The notes under the pieces: model-generated
The model's input: the letters and a program-made list of their open reading frames with translations, nothing else
What the model was told of the DNA's origin: nothing
Databases searched by the model: none
In this document: positions 1 to 9,216 of the stretch, in pieces
Layout of the letters: the number at the start of each line of letters is the position of its first letter
How positions within the stretch are numbered: the stretch's first letter is position 1
From: a virus
Taxonomy: Duplodnaviria > Caudoviricetes
IMG/VR virus record: IMGVR_UViG_3300021376_000060
Coordinates: 1 to 59,836 of that record
Direction: 5' to 3' (one strand)
Length of the DNA: 59,836 nt
Made by a program: the position numbers and the translations under genes

Positions 1-233
1 GTTCCTGGATTTTCAGTATAACGACCAGAAACTTTAGTAGGTCCTGGCAAACCAGCACCCCTAATATCACGCTCAAGTTGTCTTGAACGTGCTTTGTTTT
101 CTGATTTTGACTTATCACCTCTTTGAGCGGACATGATTGCCATGCCACCCTTTTCTGATTTTGAGCGAACTCTATTCAGAGAGGTTTCTTGAATAGAGCA
201 GCACTCTACCATAAATTCTTGGAATGTCTTCAT
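1..233 (-). CDS. Hypothetical phage protein, truncated by the window edge (MKTFQEFMVECCSIQETSLNRVRSKSEKGGMAIMSAQRG...)
   Basis: Hand translation: ATG at 233 overlaps the upstream TGA (ATGA) and the frame is open to position 1. Confidence 0.75.
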   Translation of the reverse strand, partial: MKTFQEFMVECCSIQETSLNRVRSKSEKGGMAIMSAQRGDKSKSENKARSRQLERDIRGAGLPGPTKVSGRYTENPG

Positions 234-2416
234 GCTACCAAAGAAATAAATTCCCCTAATACTTTTTTATTTAGTTTTTTAGTCTTAAGAGACTTTACAA
301 ATGCAGATTTGATTTGAGACTTAGTTGCATCTTCAGCAACTTCAAACTCAGTATCTTGAGAGAGTGCGCTTGCAGACATTCCAAAGTATGCATCATATCC
401 AGACTTAGTGATAGTAAAACTCTTCACCTTTTTCCAATCGTTTTGGATTTTTTCATAATCTTTCTCAAGTTGAGAATGATACATTTGAACAAACCGACTG
501 AAGTTACGACTTTCAAGGACACGAATACCAATAAAGTTCATAGAAGTAAACTTGTCTTTCAAATTCCTGAGAAGAACATCAGTAAACTCATGATACCCAT
601 GCCCAATTTGATAGGTTGTTCCCATTTTACGGTCACGAAGAAATGTACTCATAGGATTAATATATCCAGTTCCAAGGAATGTATTCTTTTCCCACTGGCG
701 TTTGACTTCTTTATGATAGACAAGTTGGTTTGCTTCGCCATCAGTCAGAACAATACACTGAACTTTCTGTAGTTTATTCTCTTTTTGAAACTTAGGAAGA
801 ATCTGGTGAAGAGTAATCAGTGCTTCATTCAGAGGAGTTCCCGACAAAGCAAGACGATTAGAATAAGTATATGGGGAACTATAAGTCCTACCAAAACAAT
901 AGGCAAGACACCAAATATTAAGCATCTGATGCTCAAGCACACTACCAGAAACTTTACTTGTGAGAATATTCATCATGGAGAAAGTTTCATCCACAACCAG
1001 AAGTCCATCTTTCTTTTGGTAGTGAGGAGTACGATCAGCAGAAAGATAACGATCATTCTCATAATCATACTCTCCACGACGCCACTCATTAGTGAAAGCA
1101 TAAACCTCAAAAGGAATCGAGACTTTCTTACAGAACCAAACAAGATTGAAGAGTTGTTTACAAGTATCAAGCATCACATCAGACATAGAACCACTCCAAT
1201 CCAGTACAAACACCAGACCGTGATTCTTACCATCAGGAATCACAGATACTTTCTTGAACAGGTCTTCATTATACTTATAGGTATGAAGACGAGTAGTATC
1301 AAGAACACCAGTGCGAGCAGTTGATGCACGAGCATACTGGTCTGCTGCCTTTCGACACTCAAACTCTTTTACAAGATAGTTGACTTCTTTCTGAGCAGAA
1401 GACTTGAACTTCTTAAACTCAATATCAACTTCTTTATAAAGATTTACAGGACGATATCCCTTTTCTTCTGCATGTTCGTTATGAATCTTTTGTTGGTGAT
1501 TAAAAGAATCATTAATATCTTTATGAACATCAGAGTTCTTACCAATAATAGTATCCAGATTTACTTGAGGAACTTCGATGTAAGTATTCTCATATCCATC
1601 ATTTCCAACAAGATCACGAATCTTATCTTCCAAAGATTCTGCAGTCCGAACTTCAGGTTCATCTTGGTTTGTATCAGATTTCACTGGAGTTTGATCACCC
1701 TGAGCCGTGCCACCATAAGAACCATCTGACTCATTTTCGGAAGACTTTTCACTCTCCCCATCTTGTTCGGAAGAGGAGTTATTAGTCTCCACAAAATCAC
1801 TAGCAGGAGACTGTGAATTTCCTTGAATTTCATGAGAATCAAAGTCAGCAACCTTTTGTTGTTGTTCTTGTTCTTTCTTACAATACTTGTAAAGTTCTTC
1901 TGCAGCAATCAGAGCATCCGCAAAACTTTCACATGCATCAATCAAATTGATGATTTCTTTTTCTTCTGGTTTGAAATCTAGAGTGATAAAGTTACCAACC
2001 TTAAAGTATAGATTTACACGATCAGCAAGATTAAAAGAAGAAATATCCTCATCATCAAGTTGGAAGAAATCTTCCTCATTCAGTTCTCTGTAACCGTTGA
2101 AGAAAGTCTTAGCAAGACCAGCATACTTGCGTTTCATCAGTTTCTCGATTCGAGCATCCTCAACTACATTCACAAACTGAGGAGGAACCTTTGCAGTCTC
2201 CGTCCAATCCTCATCGGGAGTGAAGAGAGCATGACCAACCTCATGACCCACCAGAAGATCATATACAAGGTTGCTTGCCTTTTCCCACAGAGGCAGAGTC
2301 AGAACACGAGTATGAACGTTGAAGCAAGCGGTGGGAACTTTCTTGTGCTCCACTACAAGGTCTTCAGTAGCCAGCAGTTTGGCAAGTTGGGACTTGATTT
2401 CGTGTTTGACTGCCAT
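230..2416 (-). CDS. Metallopeptidase-like (HExxH) plus vWA domain protein (CobT-like)
   Basis: HEVGH motif and NVVEDARIE at the N-terminus, acidic linker, MIDAS motif DWSGS, GTPL and VLTDGE. Start moved to MAVKHEIK at 2416 because the 5' extension runs through a hairpin. Confidence 0.85.
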   Translation of the reverse strand: MAVKHEIKSQLAKLLATEDLVVEHKKVPTACFNVHTRVLTLPLWEKASNLVYDLLVGHEVGHALFTPDEDWTETAKVPPQFVNVVEDARIEKLMKRKYAGLAKTFFNGYRELNEEDFFQLDDEDISSFNLADRVNLYFKVGNFITLDFKPEEKEIINLIDACESFADALIAAEELYKYCKKEQEQQQKVADFDSHEIQGNSQSPASDFVETNNSSSEQDGESEKSSENESDGSYGGTAQGDQTPVKSDTNQDEPEVRTAESLEDKIRDLVGNDGYENTYIEVPQVNLDTIIGKNSDVHKDINDSFNHQQKIHNEHAEEKGYRPVNLYKEVDIEFKKFKSSAQKEVNYLVKEFECRKAADQYARASTARTGVLDTTRLHTYKYNEDLFKKVSVIPDGKNHGLVFVLDWSGSMSDVMLDTCKQLFNLVWFCKKVSIPFEVYAFTNEWRRGEYDYENDRYLSADRTPHYQKKDGLLVVDETFSMMNILTSKVSGSVLEHQMLNIWCLAYCFGRTYSSPYTYSNRLALSGTPLNEALITLHQILPKFQKENKLQKVQCIVLTDGEANQLVYHKEVKRQWEKNTFLGTGYINPMSTFLRDRKMGTTYQIGHGYHEFTDVLLRNLKDKFTSMNFIGIRVLESRNFSRFVQMYHSQLEKDYEKIQNDWKKVKSFTITKSGYDAYFGMSASALSQDTEFEVAEDATKSQIKSAFVKSLKTKKLNKKVLGEFISLVA

Positions 2417-2585
2417 CGGATTCGTTTCGTATGTACCTACAATACAACGAAACCTCTCGTTTCCGAGAGGTCTTGTGACACTTCTTGAACTGGGCAAGTC
2501 TTGCTTTGGCTTGTCTCAGTGCTTGAGGTTTTAAGTGTCGTTTCTGTTCTTTCTTAGAATGTTTCTGCCAGTTTGGTACTTGCAT
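2364..2585 (-). CDS. Small basic hypothetical protein downstream of g46
   Basis: ATG 13 nt after the g46 stop; Lys/Arg-rich N-terminus. The 3' end overlaps the next gene by 53 nt and is uncertain. Confidence 0.55.
   Translation of the reverse strand: MQVPNWQKHSKKEQKRHLKPQALRQAKARLAQFKKCHKTSRKREVSLYCRYIRNESDGSQTRNQVPTCQTAGY
2444..2471 (-). terminator. Stem-loop, possible intrinsic terminator of the g47-g46 unit
   Basis: Minus strand ACCTCTCG-GAAA-CGAGAGGT followed by TTCGTTGT (weak U tract). Confidence 0.5.
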
Positions 2586-2598
2586 GGTTTTGCTCCAA

Positions 2599-4311
2599 TC
2601 AGGAGATCATACGGCTAAATCCTTTGATTTTTTCAAACTTGAGGACACTTTCAAATCTGTCCTCCATACCAACTTTGTGAGAGATAATAAAGACATTTGC
2701 ATCTTTAATTACATAACGAATAATCTTTAAGAAATCTTCAGTTCCAAATCCATCAAGAGAAGAATCAAACACCTCATCAAGAATCAAAAGATTTGTATTT
2801 GTCGAGTTTTTAAACTTGGCAACTTCCCTCCAAGTGAATAAGAGTGCCAAGTCAATTCTTTGTTTTTCACCTTCACTGAAAGAAGAATAAGAAAAATCTT
2901 CATGAATAGGAGATTGAACAGTTTCGTTGAACTCTTCATCTAAAGTAAAGTTGATGTAGAAATCCAACATTTGCAGATACCGATTAACTTGTTGATTAAT
3001 CAGTGGCAGATACTTTTTGATGATTTTGGATTTTACACCACTATCTTTCAATAGAGAATAAGAAAAGTCATGATACTGAATCAAATCCTTCTTTTCAGAC
3101 AGATCATCATATACTGATTTTAGATCATCCTTAAATTGTTCTAACTTTTCATGTTCAGAATTTCGGTTTGCAAGGTTCTCGGTAATAGTTTGAATTTCAG
3201 ATTCAAGATTTTGGATTTGTCTCCGTAATCCATTAATCTTAATATTGTTTTGAGAAATGCCATTCGTTAATTTAGAGATCTCCTTTGTTAAAGAGTTGTA
3301 TTGACGCTCTCTTTCCTCTTCCTCTTTAATTGCCTCCTCCAGTTCTTTATAACCAGATTGCAACTCCTTTGCTTTATCTTGAGCGTCCTTAATTCTATTT
3401 AACCGAAACTCCTCTTCAATAGATTGAGTACAGGTGGGACAAACCGTATTTTCCGTAAAGAACTTATGCTCTTTGGTTATAGTAGATACTTTTTGAGAAA
3501 TCTTTCCTTTCAGATTTCCCAACTTACGAAGTTTTTCTGCATATCCAGTAATATCATCTTGTTCACGAATAAGTGCTCTGAGAGGATCTTCATTAGAAGT
3601 ATTCTCCTCCATATAATCACCAATTTCTTTATCTAAATTGGCAATCTTTTCTTTATTGGCATTTATATTGGCATTACCAAGATTTTCCAACTCTTCGATA
3701 AAGTTCTTTTGCATTTCTACTTTATCTTTCACCGACTCTTTTTTAAGTTCAAGAGTACGGATTTCTTCTTTCAGAGAACGAATCTTTTCTTTGATAATTA
3801 CATTCATCGAAGAGAAGATCTTAATATCAAGAAGATCCTCAATTACTTCTCTACGACTTGCAGCTGAGAGTTGCATGAAAGGAACAAAATTACTACTTCC
3901 AAGAATTACAATCTGAGTAAATGACTTATAGTTCATCTTAAGAATGGACTGTTCGAGATACTTCTGTTGATCAATAGAAGAAGAACTTTGGTCCAGAACA
4001 GATCCATTGCGATAGATCTCAAAGATATTTGGTTTGATTCCACGACGGATTATCCAATCGGTAGAACCAATTTTGAGTTCAATCTCAACAAGACAATCTT
4101 TCTCGTTTGTTGTATTGATGAGTTGAGGTTTATTGATTTTACGAAAAGCTTTACCAAATAACACGAAACACAGAGCATCAAGAATTGTACTCTTGCCTGC
4201 TCCATTATTCCCCACAATCAAAGTGGTTGAGTTTTTATTCAGTTCAACTTCAGTGAATTGATTTCCAGTAGAAAGAAAGTTCTTCCAACGGATTTTTTCA
4301 AACAATATCAT
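2599..4311 (-). CDS. g46: Recombination endonuclease ATPase subunit (SbcC/Rad50-like)
   Basis: Walker A GNNGAGKS, zinc hook CPTC, signature FSEGEKQR, Walker B LILDEVFDSSLD; next to g47. Confidence 0.96.
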   Translation of the reverse strand: MILFEKIRWKNFLSTGNQFTEVELNKNSTTLIVGNNGAGKSTILDALCFVLFGKAFRKINKPQLINTTNEKDCLVEIELKIGSTDWIIRRGIKPNIFEIYRNGSVLDQSSSSIDQQKYLEQSILKMNYKSFTQIVILGSSNFVPFMQLSAASRREVIEDLLDIKIFSSMNVIIKEKIRSLKEEIRTLELKKESVKDKVEMQKNFIEELENLGNANINANKEKIANLDKEIGDYMEENTSNEDPLRALIREQDDITGYAEKLRKLGNLKGKISQKVSTITKEHKFFTENTVCPTCTQSIEEEFRLNRIKDAQDKAKELQSGYKELEEAIKEEEERERQYNSLTKEISKLTNGISQNNIKINGLRRQIQNLESEIQTITENLANRNSEHEKLEQFKDDLKSVYDDLSEKKDLIQYHDFSYSLLKDSGVKSKIIKKYLPLINQQVNRYLQMLDFYINFTLDEEFNETVQSPIHEDFSYSSFSEGEKQRIDLALLFTWREVAKFKNSTNTNLLILDEVFDSSLDGFGTEDFLKIIRYVIKDANVFIISHKVGMEDRFESVLKFEKIKGFSRMIS

Positions 4312-4567
4312 TTTCTTTGGGGGGAATCACGATGTCATTAGGTGTAATGATAACATATTCATGTCCATGCATTTCACAAACATTTACAAGTAAGTCATCA
4401 TCAATTTCCATTACATGCATTTCTGGATAATCATCTTCTTCTAACATCATGGCAAAACGAGCGGCATCATCTCCTTCTTCAAAAAGATAGAGAACTTGAT
4501 CTCCTTCTTCGTTGACTACTGAATAAGCACCCTCGTCTTCTCTGCCACTGATTGTTAGGATAAACAT
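4298..4567 (-). CDS. Small acidic hypothetical protein between g47 and g46
   Basis: 89-aa ORF tightly packed between the two genes. Confidence 0.8.
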   Translation of the reverse strand: MFILTISGREDEGAYSVVNEEGDQVLYLFEEGDDAARFAMMLEEDDYPEMHVMEIDDDLLVNVCEMHGHEYVIITPNDIVIPPKENDIV

Positions 4568-4568
4568 T

Positions 4569-5609
4569 CTACACTAATTCGCAAGCCTCTTGATATACTT
4601 CGGAAATAAGTTTCTGAACTATGGATTTATCCAGTCCAATCTCTGCTTCCTCTACATATCTATTCAAGATAGAAAGTGTATCTTCTGATTCAAATGCTTC
4701 AAACTCTTCATTCTCTTGAATTTGGAAATTCTCCACAACTTTGAGTTCATCAACATTAGAATTATACAGTTTATCAATAAACTTTTCAAACTTCTTGATA
4801 TCGGTTTTTTTGCGAACAATTACTCGAACAATTTTATTTTGATATTCACGAGTATCAAATGTTTGATAGTTGGTATCCTCATAGTAAATGCTATAAAACA
4901 TTCTGTAAGGATTATTGATTGGAGTATGCTCTAAAGTTTCAGTATCAAAGATATGAAATCCACGAGTATCATTTACATCATTCCAATACAGTTCATAAGG
5001 ATTTCCGAGATAAAATACTACCCCATCATCCGATCGAGTGTGATAGTGTCCCGAGTAGACCTTGGTGAACTTATCAAATAGTTTGCTCTCCAGACCATGC
5101 TCCATGACGATTTGTTTATTAACTCTAAATCCTTGGAGTTCAAGGTGCCCCATCGCGCACGGGCAAGTTGTCTTTTTAATAAGTTTGAGAGTGCTTTCCT
5201 CATTTTCTTGATTAATCCATGGAATAAAAAGTGTAGGAAGTTGTCCCAACATTACTTCGGTTGGTTCTGAATATACAGTTACATTATCATACTCACGTAA
5301 AAGCAAATCAACTGCGTTTACATTATTTGTATTTTTATAGTAAGCAGTGTGATTCCCTACAATTGTATGAACCTTCACTCCCATTTCATTAAGTCGATCG
5401 TAGTAATTATTTTTAGCCCACGATAAAGCAGAAAAATCAATTCCTTTACGACTATCAAAAGTATCACCCATATCTACAACGGTAGTAATCCCTTGCTCTT
5501 CGAGTGTAGGGAAAAATACATCGTTGTAGAACTTTAGGAAATAATCATGAAAGAGTTTAGAATTCTTCCTTGCTCCAAAGTGCTGGTCTGTAATAATTGC
5601 TACTTTCAT
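4569..5609 (-). CDS. g47: Recombination endonuclease nuclease subunit (SbcD/Mre11-like)
   Basis: Metallophosphoesterase motifs TDQHFG, GDTFD, GNH, GHYH. Confidence 0.96.
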   Translation of the reverse strand: MKVAIITDQHFGARKNSKLFHDYFLKFYNDVFFPTLEEQGITTVVDMGDTFDSRKGIDFSALSWAKNNYYDRLNEMGVKVHTIVGNHTAYYKNTNNVNAVDLLLREYDNVTVYSEPTEVMLGQLPTLFIPWINQENEESTLKLIKKTTCPCAMGHLELQGFRVNKQIVMEHGLESKLFDKFTKVYSGHYHTRSDDGVVFYLGNPYELYWNDVNDTRGFHIFDTETLEHTPINNPYRMFYSIYYEDTNYQTFDTREYQNKIVRVIVRKKTDIKKFEKFIDKLYNSNVDELKVVENFQIQENEEFEAFESEDTLSILNRYVEEAEIGLDKSIVQKLISEVYQEACELV

Positions 5610-6146
5610 TCAATAACGAAGTTTGGAGTGAACTGCATCCTTAATAGAATTATAGTCGGAGTAGTCGGATCCGTCAACACTTCCACTATCGAACACCTGA
5701 TCAAATCCAGTTCTTTCCAAAATCTTGTTCTTGATTTCCAATTGCTTCTTCTCTTTCTGAATGCGTCTCAGAAATGCGTAGTGAATAATCTGAGTGAAAT
5801 AAGCAAATGGATTCTGAGATTTCTCTGGATTAAAATTATGAATGTACTGAACACAGTTTTCAATGCCATCAGAAATCATGTCCTCTTTGAACATGTAGTT
5901 GACAAAATTTGGTTTGAATGATAAATGATTTGCAATCTTTAAGAAACACTCACCAATATATCTGGGAATTTGTGGCTTTGTATCCCAAGACTTAGATCTG
6001 TCATCTTTGGTAGGTTCTCTACCATATTTTTGAATGAAAGAAATTTCAACATTTTCACGATATCTAATCAGTGATGCAAGAAACTCTTTGTTGTTAACGT
6101 AATGTTCTGACCTCTTTCTTTTGGTCATGACTGCTGTAGTTATCAT
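5610..6146 (-). CDS. g55: Late-transcription sigma factor
   Basis: HYVNNKEFL, YIGECFLKIA, NPFAYFTQIIHYAFLRRIQKEKKQ; T4-like synteny. Confidence 0.96.
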   Translation of the reverse strand: MITTAVMTKRKRSEHYVNNKEFLASLIRYRENVEISFIQKYGREPTKDDRSKSWDTKPQIPRYIGECFLKIANHLSFKPNFVNYMFKEDMISDGIENCVQYIHNFNPEKSQNPFAYFTQIIHYAFLRRIQKEKKQLEIKNKILERTGFDQVFDSGSVDGSDYSDYNSIKDAVHSKLRY

Positions 6147-6170
6147 TAGTTTATCTCATAATATGTAGAC

Positions 6171-6199
6171 ATTCTACCACTTATTTAAATAGTTGACAA
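6171..6199 (-). promoter_or_regulatory. Sigma70-type promoter for g55 with TAAATA nested in the spacer
   Basis: Minus strand TTGTCA-actatttaaataagtgg (17 nt)-TAGAAT. Confidence 0.7.
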
Positions 6200-6221
6200 C
6201 TACCCAAATACTCTGTAGAAT
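6193..6221 (+). promoter_or_regulatory. Sigma70-type antisense promoter pointing into the 130-aa gene and uvsW
   Basis: Plus strand TTGACA-actacccaaatactctg (17 nt)-TAGAAT. Confidence 0.6.
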
Positions 6222-6248
6222 ACCTTTGTCCGGTTTGAAGATGAGGCT

Positions 6249-6641
6249 CTAGCTATCTTTAAAGAGTTTCTCTAATATCTCTTTAGCATCATTCACATTG
6301 GCAAGATAACCCATCTTACGAGAGATCTTTGCTTGATTCTTTCTTGTTTTATCAGATTCTCTACAATATGTCTGGTACATAGAAATCATTTCAATATCTG
6401 AAGATTCGGTCATTGTAAGAACATCATCAATATTGATAATAAACATATCTTCTGTGGTTGTTTTTAACCAAGGTTCTATCTTATAACCCATTACACCAGT
6501 TCTTCCTTTTATTTCAGCAACAATAATTGGATTTGATAATAATAAAAGAGTTCTATCTTCTTCTTCAGTAGCAGCTACCTTAGCAAAGATTTCCTCTCCA
6601 GTTTTTAACTTGAGTGTACAGTAAAAATCATCTTCTATCAT
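6249..6641 (-). CDS. Conserved hypothetical protein between uvsW and g55 (possible Sm-like fold)
   Basis: LKLKTGEEIFAKV N-terminus; ATGA overlap with uvsW. Confidence 0.8.
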   Translation of the reverse strand: MIEDDFYCTLKLKTGEEIFAKVAATEEEDRTLLLLSNPIIVAEIKGRTGVMGYKIEPWLKTTTEDMFIINIDDVLTMTESSDIEMISMYQTYCRESDKTRKNQAKISRKMGYLANVNDAKEILEKLFKDS

Positions 6642-8116
6642 TTGCTCTTTAGTTGAATAGTGATTATCTCATAATTGAATTGCTCTTCATTATAAATTTT
6701 AATTCTTTCTATGAAGTGATTTAGAGTATAGTTCTTTCTTGATTGAATTGTACAATCATCAGAGATGTCGTAGAGGACTGCTTTAGTTTTATTTTTTCCC
6801 TTTCTAAGTACTCTTCCAATTGATTGTAGATTTCTAACTCTTGATTTACTGGGTGAAGAAAAGATAACGTTATGGAGGCTTTTAATGTTAATACCTGTAG
6901 AGAAAGTTCCATAAGAAGCAACAATAATTGCGTTGTTCTCTCTTTCAGTAATTTCTCTTACAAGTTCTCGTTCTTCAGCATCCACCCCACCATGAACAAA
7001 AAATACTTTACGATTTTCACTGTTATTTTTATTTATCATATCGTAGAGAATTGCTCCGTGTGTTTCCACTCGTGAAAAAAGAACAAGAGTATTTCCTTTG
7101 AGATCTAAAGAAAGATTAGTAATAAATTTATTTCTTTGCTCGTGAGAGATTAAATACTGTATCTCATCTTCATAAGTTTCAAACTTTTGTGGTGGGTGTT
7201 TGAGAACAAGACACTGAATATCTAACTGAGAAAGATGTCCTTGCCTCATCAGTTCTGCAGTTTTTGTTACTTTATATGATGGACCGAATAAACCTTCAAG
7301 AACCCATTTATGAGTTTGAGTTCCGTCAAGTGTTCCAGTAAATCCAAAACGATACTTAGCATGATGAAGTTTAGTCATGATCTGTACAAGAGATTTGCTC
7401 TTGAACAAATGTGCTTCATCTCCTATAATAACTCCATAATCTTCAAAGAAAGAACGATCTAATTTGTAAACAGATTGCCAGGTTGTAATCGTAACATCAT
7501 ATTCGTTTGTTTTTTCTCTACCCGAATAAATTTTGTGACAATATGACTCAGCATCCCAACCATAATCCTGGAAATCCTTGTACATCTGTTCTACAAGAGA
7601 TGTCGTTGGTACAATTAAAAGAATTTTTTGCCCTTTATCCACATAATATCTTACGATCGAATAAATCATCAGTGATTTGCCAGATGCAGTGGGGCTTATC
7701 AATAACTTTCTGTTATGCCTTAGAGCATCATATACTCCCTCTACTTGATACTCCCGTGGAGAATGAGCACAAATAGATTTCATATAATCTTTCACACCTT
7801 CATATGAGATCTCTTCATTGATCTCATATGGAAGTCCGTAGAATTTATTATCATCAAACTTATAAGTGTATCCGTATTGCTTACAGAAGGATACAATCTT
7901 ATCTAAGAGACCCACATAAATCTGCTTGGATCTCATATCATAAAGATGAATTTCTCCGTTCCAGTTTCTTCCACGATACTGTGGCATGAATTTTGCATTC
8001 GGAACCTCAAACTTAAAGTGATCTCTAAGTTCGTATTCTATATGAGGTTCCGTATTAATCTTTAAAAATACTTCGTTGGATTTAGATATAACAAGATTTG
8101 CTGTAGTATCAATCAC
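6638..8116 (-). CDS. uvsW: UvsW SF2 DNA/RNA helicase
   Basis: SPTASGKS, DEAH, FTGT, QSIGRVLR motifs; GTG start. Confidence 0.96.
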   Translation of the reverse strand: MIDTTANLVISKSNEVFLKINTEPHIEYELRDHFKFEVPNAKFMPQYRGRNWNGEIHLYDMRSKQIYVGLLDKIVSFCKQYGYTYKFDDNKFYGLPYEINEEISYEGVKDYMKSICAHSPREYQVEGVYDALRHNRKLLISPTASGKSLMIYSIVRYYVDKGQKILLIVPTTSLVEQMYKDFQDYGWDAESYCHKIYSGREKTNEYDVTITTWQSVYKLDRSFFEDYGVIIGDEAHLFKSKSLVQIMTKLHHAKYRFGFTGTLDGTQTHKWVLEGLFGPSYKVTKTAELMRQGHLSQLDIQCLVLKHPPQKFETYEDEIQYLISHEQRNKFITNLSLDLKGNTLVLFSRVETHGAILYDMINKNNSENRKVFFVHGGVDAEERELVREITERENNAIIVASYGTFSTGINIKSLHNVIFSSPSKSRVRNLQSIGRVLRKGKNKTKAVLYDISDDCTIQSRKNYTLNHFIERIKIYNEEQFNYEIITIQLKSK

Positions 8117-8138
8117 AAGAATCCATTCATCTTATGAT

Positions 8139-8148
8139 TATTTATTTA
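8139..8148 (-). promoter_or_regulatory. Late promoter (tandem TAAATA) upstream of uvsW
   Basis: Minus strand TAAATAAATA overlapping the uvsY stop. Confidence 0.55.
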
Positions 8149-8583
8149 CCCCAGTCCAGCGGTAAATCTAACAAACTCGATTGCGTTTTTAATCTGAAAA
8201 GTTCTGTTTTGAATCATCTTCAGAATACTTTCGATGTAATTTAACATTGTATCGTAGTAATCAATCTTCAGACAAACTTGAGAAAGTTTTTCATCAGAAT
8301 CTAAGTATTTTTGAAGAGTCTCTTTATCACGGATTTTCTTAGGGAATGGATTCTCCACATAAACATCAGGATCTGCTTTTCCAGTATAGTACTCATATCG
8401 ATCGTGTCTGATATTTTTTCTTTGTTGTTCGGCTTTCTTTTTTAGAAGAGTGATATTATTATAGATGTCAAAATATTTTGCATGTAAACTTGCAATATTC
8501 AGGGATTCTGTATGTAAGTTATCTGGATCAATCTTACAATCTTGTTCCCACATCTTTTGGATTGAATCCAAATCAAGTGTCAT
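8146..8583 (-). CDS. uvsY: Recombination mediator UvsY
   Basis: LHAKY and RTFQIKNAIEF motifs; position between g3 and uvsW. Confidence 0.93.
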   Translation of the reverse strand: MTLDLDSIQKMWEQDCKIDPDNLHTESLNIASLHAKYFDIYNNITLLKKKAEQQRKNIRHDRYEYYTGKADPDVYVENPFPKKIRDKETLQKYLDSDEKLSQVCLKIDYYDTMLNYIESILKMIQNRTFQIKNAIEFVRFTAGLG

Positions 8584-9148
8584 AGTGTAATGGGTTTCCG
8601 TTATTGTCTACTATATCATAGATAGTATACTTGAAACTGACCTCTGCCGTCAAATAATCAATATCACTATCTGTAGCATCAAAGGAAAGATCTGTCAATG
8701 TATAGGGGAAAATATTTCTAAACTTTACTTGGAAATTTGATGTATTGCTACTAGTAAGTACAAACAAAGTAGCATCGGAATACAAGTTCATTTGGTCTTT
8801 GAACTGTGCATCCATAGCTGGATTATCTTTTTGGAAGTTATATATTTCTTCTAAACTTTCTGGAAATCCAATTCCACGTATCCACTTTTGGATTTCCATA
8901 TAGTTCTCAAGATTCTCATCAACAAGAAATCTTAATCTCAAATCACTGAATTCAATTTTATCTCCAGGTAAAGGAATATCTTTTAGATAAGTTGGTTGAG
9001 TTGTAACACCAAAAGTTAATCCTGGAATGTTCATAGAGTTTCCGAAGAAAGAAACTTTACGAGCTCTGTTTACAACGAACTTGAAACCTACAGGAGATAG
9101 AAAATTCCTATTCTGTATTTGATTTCTAAACGCGTTAGATATCGTCAT
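8573..9148 (-). CDS. g3: Tail completion / tail tube terminator protein
   Basis: NFLSPVGFKF, FLVDENLENY motifs; follows g23. Confidence 0.88.
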   Translation of the reverse strand: MTISNAFRNQIQNRNFLSPVGFKFVVNRARKVSFFGNSMNIPGLTFGVTTQPTYLKDIPLPGDKIEFSDLRLRFLVDENLENYMEIQKWIRGIGFPESLEEIYNFQKDNPAMDAQFKDQMNLYSDATLFVLTSSNTSNFQVKFRNIFPYTLTDLSFDATDSDIDYLTAEVSFKYTIYDIVDNNGNPLHYDT

Positions 9149-9159
9149 TTTTTTCTAAT

Positions 9160-9167
9160 TATTTAGA
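9160..9167 (-). promoter_or_regulatory. Late promoter for g3
   Basis: Minus strand TCTAAATA directly after the g23 terminator. Confidence 0.6.
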
Positions 9168-9168
9168 T

Positions 9169-9195
9169 AAAAAAAAGGGGTCCTTTCGGACCCCT
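9169..9195 (-). terminator. Intrinsic terminator after g23
   Basis: Minus strand AGGGGTCC-GAAA-GGACCCCT followed by a run of Ts. Confidence 0.9.
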
Positions 9196-9216
9196 GAGAA
9201 ACCTGTGTGAAACGAA

